A stretch of 64,000 bases of DNA, taken from positions 128,001 through 192,000 of the forward strand of contig CBDAOB010000002.1 in NCBI GenBank assembly GCA_965197905.1, in the 5' to 3' direction. This document shows positions 58,371 through 64,000 of this stretch, one piece after another. The notes beneath the pieces were generated by a model. That model saw only the letters and a list, made by a program, of their open reading frames with translations, was not told the DNA's origin and searched no databases. The first letter of the stretch is position 1, and each line of letters begins with the position of its first letter. The DNA is from Candidatus Latescibacterota bacterium (GTDB taxonomy: Bacteria > Latescibacterota > UBA2968 > UBA8231). The position numbers and the translations under genes are program-made.

Positions 58371-59612
58371 CTACCTCAGGTTGAAGCAGCTGGCGGCCAT
58401 GTGGCGGGTGCCGCCGAAATTGTTACCGTCATCTTCCATGAAGTAATACGCGGCGAAGATGCGCCCGTCGTCCAACTCGGTTCCCACCACATAACCGAGA
58501 TCCCAATCGCTGGCATCCCCGCGAATCACCGCCTCCGCCGACCAGGTCTCTCCCCGATCCTCGCTCACGATCACGCCGATGCCCCCCGGAAGCTGGCGGC
58601 GATCGAACAGCACTGCGATGCGTCCATCCTTTAGCAACAGCGGCCAGCAGGAGCGATAACGCGGTCCGGAGACAGCCCCAGACCAGATCGGGTCACGACT
58701 CAGTTTAGTCCACGGCGACTGGTCCCACCCTACGATCGATCGCGGTTCGCTCCAGGTGTAACCTCCGTCGTCGGAATGATTCAAATGAAGCGCGGTTCGT
58801 ACGCCTCCGGCATTGAGGGCATAACACTGGAGCCGGCCCGAGGGCAAGAGCAGCAGGTTGGCGTAGACCGGCCTACCATGGCCCGTGGGATCGCGCATCA
58901 CCTCGCTCACATAATGCCAACTAAGACCGTTGTCTTCGGAACCGTAAAGAACGGTGACGCTTTGGTTGAGCCGTTCGAGCTGCGAGCGGTCCACCGAATG
59001 ACCGGTGTTGCGGTTATCCGCCGTCGCTGGCACCAGCAGGGTGCCGTCGTCGAACCTGGCTGGCGGATAGCAGTCGACGTGCACGTAGCTGTAACCAAGC
59101 GGGGGTTTAATACGGGAGCAGGGCGACCTCTCCCAGGTTCGCCCGCGGTCGCCCGAGCGCCAGACCAGGCATTCCATCGTCGGAACTCCATCCTCATTTT
59201 CTCTTCCCGTTAACGGACGCCCGAAGTAGATCGCCGAATCGGGACTGGTTAGATCGATATTGGCGCGCGGCTCTGTGGGATCGTCGCACTTCCACAGCAC
59301 GTTTCGATGTGCCTCGAGTGGTCGATCGTAGTCCCAGACGACAACGTCGTTTTCGCTATTCCAGCTCTTGCCATGGTCGAGGGAACGCTGCAACAGGATC
59401 TTGCAACGGCTTTTGTACCCCCTCGAGTCCCAACCGTGCCTGATATCTTCGCGGTTTTCGTAACTGGAATCGGCGTGGTGGTGGAGGACCGCAATCTCGC
59501 CGTTGCCGAAGTTGTGGATCCCGCACTGGCGTGGGTGGCCGCAATAACGGTCCTTGCTGTAACAGAGCTTGACGTGATGTACGTCGGTGACCTCTAATGG
59601 CGCGCGTTTCAT
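58371..59612 (-). CDS. BNR/Asp-box beta-propeller protein, paralog of 9706-11034
   Basis: GIHNFGNGEIAV, five Asp boxes and WDLGY. Confidence 0.88.
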   Translation of the reverse strand: MKRAPLEVTDVHHVKLCYSKDRYCGHPRQCGIHNFGNGEIAVLHHHADSSYENREDIRHGWDSRGYKSRCKILLQRSLDHGKSWNSENDVVVWDYDRPLEAHRNVLWKCDDPTEPRANIDLTSPDSAIYFGRPLTGRENEDGVPTMECLVWRSGDRGRTWERSPCSRIKPPLGYSYVHVDCYPPARFDDGTLLVPATADNRNTGHSVDRSQLERLNQSVTVLYGSEDNGLSWHYVSEVMRDPTGHGRPVYANLLLLPSGRLQCYALNAGGVRTALHLNHSDDGGYTWSEPRSIVGWDQSPWTKLSRDPIWSGAVSGPRYRSCWPLLLKDGRIAVLFDRRQLPGGIGVIVSEDRGETWSAEAVIRGDASDWDLGYVVGTELDDGRIFAAYYFMEDDGNNFGGTRHMAASCFNLR

Positions 59613-59673
59613 TGCTCCTCAACGAGAAAGTCCACTGGACGCGGAGCCAGCGGCCGGGTGGGATGTGATCTCT

Positions 59674-60564
59674 TCAACCCGGAGCTCTCAACCCGGGTCG
59701 CTGGTCTTGCTCGGTTATGCGGTGATACTCGGGGATGCTGTCGCTTTCGTAGAGACGTGTCCAGTCGCGGTAATGGTCGGTGGCGACCTGGTCGGGATGG
59801 TCTTTGCTGCGCACCAGGAAACCAGGATAGTTGCGCCCGGTAGGCGCGTTAGCATCGCAATAGCGCAGATCAAGACTCCAGCGCGCTTTGTCGGTGCGGT
59901 TGGGAAGGGCGCGGTGTGCCGTAAGCTTGTCGAACAACAGCACACCTCCTAGAGGGACTGGACAGTCGACGATGTCGCTGGTCCGCAGATCCTCTTCCAT
60001 GATCCGGCCCTCGTCTTGGTGCGGGATCACACCCCATTTGTGACTGCCCGAAATGACCTGCATTCCTCCCATCTCCATGGTCACGTCTACCAGAGGGATC
60101 CAGCAGTTCACCATGGGTGTGTGCTCGGCTTCTTTAGCGAGCAGCGCACCATCTTGGTGAAAGGTCCCTACGGACGATTCGAGAAAAGCCAATTTAGCCC
60201 TGGTGTTGAACTGCGGATGGGCAAGGATCTCCGGTCCTATCAGCGGCTCCACGAAATCGAGGAGGGGTGGAAGGGTCCACACCTTGAAGAGCCCGGCGGT
60301 CTTGTGGCGTTTGCCGAAGATTACGCGGTATACGTCATCAGGATCGTCCGCGTCCTCGCACAGGTAGTGCAGCCGGTTCTCGAAAGGTTTGTCTCGATGC
60401 AAGTCGCGCAGGCGGCCGGCCGCATGCACCTCTGTTGCCTTGGCATCGATCACCTGCGCCAGTTCCTGGATGAGCGGTTGGAACTCCCCCGAGGGTAGGA
60501 CGTCGTGAAGCAGCAAGTACCCCTCATCGCGGAACTGACGGATCTGTTCAGCGGATAGTTTCAT
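59674..60564 (-). CDS. PhyH family dioxygenase
   Basis: FRDEGY, FHQD, CWIPLVD, GSH, AHR and RWSLDLRY motifs; ATG at 60564 after GGAGA. Confidence 0.92.
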   Translation of the reverse strand: MKLSAEQIRQFRDEGYLLLHDVLPSGEFQPLIQELAQVIDAKATEVHAAGRLRDLHRDKPFENRLHYLCEDADDPDDVYRVIFGKRHKTAGLFKVWTLPPLLDFVEPLIGPEILAHPQFNTRAKLAFLESSVGTFHQDGALLAKEAEHTPMVNCWIPLVDVTMEMGGMQVISGSHKWGVIPHQDEGRIMEEDLRTSDIVDCPVPLGGVLLFDKLTAHRALPNRTDKARWSLDLRYCDANAPTGRNYPGFLVRSKDHPDQVATDHYRDWTRLYESDSIPEYHRITEQDQRPGLRAPG

Positions 60565-60842
60565 CGTGTATTCTCCCGCCACCTCAGCTTTATCCCCTGC
60601 GGTTTGTGCCGCTCGTTGCTCATTATTTGTTGGCCCTAATGGAGACCTGGCCTTCGCCGCTGCCCGCTACTATCGGTTCGCGAGAGCAGATCTTGTTCTG
60701 GACATGATACCATCCTTTTATCGTAGCCCAGGTTGGCAAGGTGGGAACAACCCTGAAAATGACAAATGCCCTGGCAGAGGCAAGTGCACGATCCAGCACC
60801 GTCCGCCGTGCCGCTGGAGCTACCGATCTTTCACGCGCCATG

Positions 60843-60874
60843 CTTGACCCGACTAGCGATAACGCGATTTTTCA
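60843..60874 (+). promoter_or_regulatory. Conserved upstream motif copy
   Basis: CTTGACCCGACTAGCGATAACGCGATTTTTCA. Confidence 0.6.
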
Positions 60875-60995
60875 CCACGCGGGAATAGCCGACCCATCGA
60901 GCTGATGACCGAGGGGAAGCTCGTGGAAATAGTCGACCTCGGTGTCGGCCGTCGACTCGATTTCAAGCAGCTGGATTATCGCGAAGGAGGAGTGC

Positions 60996-62480
60996 TTGAA
61001 CTTTAGACCGCCCAAAGGGAGGTCGATGTGGGACACCTGGATATTCCCGTGGGAGGAGGTGTTCCACCTGTTTTATATCGAGAACACCGGACCTCCATCG
61101 GATCACATCGGTCACTGGGTCGGAACGGACCTGATGCATTGGGAAGAGCGGCCTTCCATTCCGGTTACCAGCGGCGTTAAAGGGGACTGGAACGAGCGCG
61201 GCCCCACTCTCACCGGCACGGTTGTTCACCATCAGGGGAAGTTCCACCTGTTCGCTGGTTCGATGCCGGGAGGCGAGCAGCAAACCGGACTATTCGTTTC
61301 CGAGGATCTGGAAAATTGGGCGCCACATCCCAACAATCCGATCCTCAAAGCGGCCGGCCCCCACTACTTGGATCGGCCGGTCCCCCCGCTGTTTCACGAC
61401 ATGCTGGATTTTCGCGACCCGTTCATCTGGTTTCGTCCTGAAGACCGGCAGTTCCATGCCCTTCTTCACGGTCGACTTCCGCGGTGGAGTCATGAGCACA
61501 CCGGCGCGGTGTTCGCGCACATGCAGTCCAGCGATCTGATTCACTGGGAGCATCTGCAGCCGTTCGATGCGCCTACCGGATTCTATGAAAAGACGGAGGT
61601 GCCCGATCTCTTCGAGCTGGATGGAAGGCACTATCTGCTCTTTACGACCAGGAGTCGTGGCGGGATCCGCCTGCGTACCGACGGCAGACAGAACGCCGAC
61701 GGCACCTTCTATTTCATCTCCGATAACTGGGATGGTCCATACCAGAGGCCGGAGAATTTCCTCGTAGTAGGCGCGGAGAAAGGGGTGCCGGGTCCGTATT
61801 GTGGGCATACGATCGCCCACGGCGGCGAGCGCATTCTCTACCACCACATAGCCGGCCACCGGGCTGCCCTGGCGTCCCCAAAGAGAGTGCGCACCCAAGG
61901 GGATGGAACCCTGTATCTCGAGTACATGTCCGTGCTGGAATCGCTTGAGGAAGAGGTGCTGACGGAGAGCCCGAAGGACCTACCCTGTTTCGGCAGCGGA
62001 GATTGGGGCGAATGGGACCGCAGTGACGAGCGCATCACGGGAACTGCCACCCACGTGGGCTCCTCCTGCAAGATTGCTCAGGATCTGGCGGATCTGCACC
62101 TTTCATGCCGCATGCGCCTGGACACGGCAGCGGGTGCAGGAATCGTCTTGCGGGTCTCCGAAGGAGAAGGGGTATGGCTCTTTCTTGACCGGGACCAGGG
62201 ACAGATTGTCGTCGGCGGTGCGAGCTACCGACCGTACTGCGGTTGGTCTGGATTGCCTGGCGGCGATGCAGCTTCACTGAGCATGGAGCCCAACCAGGAG
62301 TACCTGCTGCGCTGCTTCGCGCGGGACGAGCATTTTGAATTCTATCTGAACGATCGGTGGATAGCCGCACTGGCATGGGAGCGGGCGGCGCCAGTGGGAG
62401 ATCTCGAACTGTTCGTGGAGCGGGGCTCGGCATCGTTCTCCCAGATCAGAATCGCCACCATCGAACCATTTCTCTGGTGA
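60996..62480 (+). CDS. GH32/GH43-like five-bladed beta-propeller protein
   Basis: MWDTW, LTG, FRDPF and TEVPD motifs plus a C-terminal beta-sandwich; TTG start after AAGGAGG. Confidence 0.82.
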   Translation: MNFRPPKGRSMWDTWIFPWEEVFHLFYIENTGPPSDHIGHWVGTDLMHWEERPSIPVTSGVKGDWNERGPTLTGTVVHHQGKFHLFAGSMPGGEQQTGLFVSEDLENWAPHPNNPILKAAGPHYLDRPVPPLFHDMLDFRDPFIWFRPEDRQFHALLHGRLPRWSHEHTGAVFAHMQSSDLIHWEHLQPFDAPTGFYEKTEVPDLFELDGRHYLLFTTRSRGGIRLRTDGRQNADGTFYFISDNWDGPYQRPENFLVVGAEKGVPGPYCGHTIAHGGERILYHHIAGHRAALASPKRVRTQGDGTLYLEYMSVLESLEEEVLTESPKDLPCFGSGDWGEWDRSDERITGTATHVGSSCKIAQDLADLHLSCRMRLDTAAGAGIVLRVSEGEGVWLFLDRDQGQIVVGGASYRPYCGWSGLPGGDAASLSMEPNQEYLLRCFARDEHFEFYLNDRWIAALAWERAAPVGDLELFVERGSASFSQIRIATIEPFLW

Positions 62481-62539
62481 GCGATCTGCAACATCGTCGA
62501 CTTCCTCGCGCAGGCAGAGTTCTGATGCTCCCGCGCGAA

Positions 62540-62571
62540 CTTGACCCGACGCGCTATAACCCGATTTTTTC
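62540..62571 (+). promoter_or_regulatory. Conserved upstream motif copy
   Basis: CTTGACCCGACGCGCTATAACCCGATTTTTTC. Confidence 0.6.
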
Positions 62572-62631
62572 AGCGAAACATCACGCAAGTTGAGAAGGAA
62601 AATCGTGCAGGCAGTTCCAGGGAGAAAAATC

Positions 62632-63588
62632 ATGTCTCGTCTCCAGGTTGCAGTGGTCGGTACCGGAAAGAAGGGCAATCAGCATCTCGGAATTCTTCAC
62701 GATCACGAGAACGTGCAGCTGGCGGCCGTGTGCGATCCCTTACCCGAAGCCCGGGACCGGGCAGGTGAACAGTTCGGGATCGATGCGCGCTACGCCACGG
62801 TGGAATCGATGCTGGAAAAGGAGGCAGATCGTCTCGATGCGGTATGGGTCGCGACGCCGCCCGATCTAAACGCGCCAACCGCCCTGCCCTGCCTGCAGAA
62901 GGGTGTCAATACCTTCCTCGAGAAACCTCCGGGAATGGGTACCGCCGAAACTACAGCGTTGCGTGACGCCGCGAAACGGACCGGTGCAAAAGGCATGGTG
63001 GGCTGGAACCGCCGGATGAATTCGTTCGTGGTAAAGGCCAGGCAGATGGTTGAGGAGAGGGGACCGGTCGTGCAGTTGGTGGGTGAGTTCCACAAGAGTC
63101 TCACTGCTTTCGAGAAACGGGGCCTTTATACGGAAGAGTTTCTCGACAACATGATGTGGGAGTCGATCAATCACAGCGTCGACGTAGTGAGAGCGATGGC
63201 CAACTCGGAAGTCGCTGAGGTCCACAGTTTCGTCCGCAGGGCCCTGCACAAGTACAAAGACGTGTTTGGGGCAATGGTTATTTTTGAAAACAACTGCCTC
63301 GCACATCTGATCTTCAACTGGACGAGCGCAGGCAGGCTGGAACGCTACGAGCTCCACGGACGTGATGTATCGGCCTACCTGGAAGGGATCGAAACGGGTT
63401 ATGTGCTGCGCGATGGCGAGCGCATCGATATCGAAGCTGGGGGTGGTGGAACCGAAGAGCAGGATGCCTATTTCCTCGAGTGCATAGCGAATGATCGGCC
63501 AGTGTCAGTGCCGGCTTGCGATCTCGATGAGGCGGTGAAGACGGTCGAGTTATGCGACGCTATCCTCGAAGGTCTGCGAGAAAATTAG
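62632..63588 (+). CDS. Gfo/Idh/MocA oxidoreductase
   Basis: MSRLQVAVVGTG, LEKPPG and GEFHKS motifs; paralog of 42061-43017. Confidence 0.92.
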   Translation: MSRLQVAVVGTGKKGNQHLGILHDHENVQLAAVCDPLPEARDRAGEQFGIDARYATVESMLEKEADRLDAVWVATPPDLNAPTALPCLQKGVNTFLEKPPGMGTAETTALRDAAKRTGAKGMVGWNRRMNSFVVKARQMVEERGPVVQLVGEFHKSLTAFEKRGLYTEEFLDNMMWESINHSVDVVRAMANSEVAEVHSFVRRALHKYKDVFGAMVIFENNCLAHLIFNWTSAGRLERYELHGRDVSAYLEGIETGYVLRDGERIDIEAGGGGTEEQDAYFLECIANDRPVSVPACDLDEAVKTVELCDAILEGLREN

Positions 63589-63702
63589 GGGAAGCAGAGT
63601 ATCGGCGGCCGACGCCCTCGGGTTTACCTATTTCGATCTGTTGTTAGGTTGTCTCGCAGGTGAAGGTCCAGAAATGCTACGGAAAAGCTGAGAGCCAAAC
63701 CG

Positions 63703-64000
63703 ATGAAGAGCACTGAGCCGCTGGAGGTATTCGGTCAGCGGGAATTCGAACGCTTATCTGAACAGGGTTACTTGAGACTGGGCGGTTTGCTTTCTGCCGC
63801 CGACCTTGACGTATTGCGCCAGCGCGCCGACGACATCATGCTCGGCACGGTCACCTATGAGGGAATGACCTTCGAGCGCGATAGCGAGACGGGCGAATAC
63901 GCGGATCGCGTGCCCAAATCGCGTCGCCACGAAGTGTCGACGCTAGCCTACCGACGGATCGACCGCATGGACCTGGATCCGCTCTACCTGGCCATCATGC
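63703..64000 (+). CDS. PhyH family dioxygenase (5' part; runs off the window)
   Basis: Manual translation: MKSTEPLEVFGQREFERLSEQGYLRLGGLL...LRQRADDIMLG...AYRRID; HxD motif not reached. Confidence 0.7.
   Translation, partial: MKSTEPLEVFGQREFERLSEQGYLRLGGLLSAADLDVLRQRADDIMLGTVTYEGMTFERDSETGEYADRVPKSRRHEVSTLAYRRIDRMDLDPLYLAIM

Noticed and set aside
1..64000. Long antisense or alternate-frame ORFs; CRISPR, tRNA, rRNA, IS or prophage
   Set aside because: The overlapping ORFs are Arg/Pro-rich shadows typical of high-GC DNA. I saw no repeat-spacer arrays, structural RNA signatures, transposases or phage genes by eye.

Overview
GC-rich bacterial window of about 50 genes, almost all catabolic and scattered in short operons on both strands. 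It contains a sugar ABC transporter, repeated paralog families (3 GHL10-like TIM-barrel proteins, 4 uncharacterised beta-propeller proteins, 5 PhyH-type Fe/2-oxoglutarate dioxygenases, 3 Gfo/Idh/MocA oxidoreductases, and 2 each of BNR/Asp-box proteins, GH32-like proteins, sulfatases, core MetE-like Zn enzymes, C-N hydrolases and cNMP-domain proteins), plus ada, a gamma-glutamyltransferase, a LarA-domain protein, asnB and a large exported protein. This content resembles Latescibacterota/Poribacteria-type organic-matter degraders, but that is an inference and not a taxonomic call. I saw no rRNA, tRNA, CRISPR array, transposase or phage gene. Three things stand out. (1) An ungapped upstream motif, CTTGACCCGAC-N5-ATAAC-N3-RTTTTT, recurs in front of unrelated genes. 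(2) Gene decay is heavy (about 11-12 lesioned loci), including several 'hollowed-out' genes where the first codons are fused directly to C-terminal codons. (3) A core MetE-like enzyme is translationally coupled to an unknown, internally duplicated Cys/His-rich protein. All family calls come from recognising motifs by eye; no searches were run.
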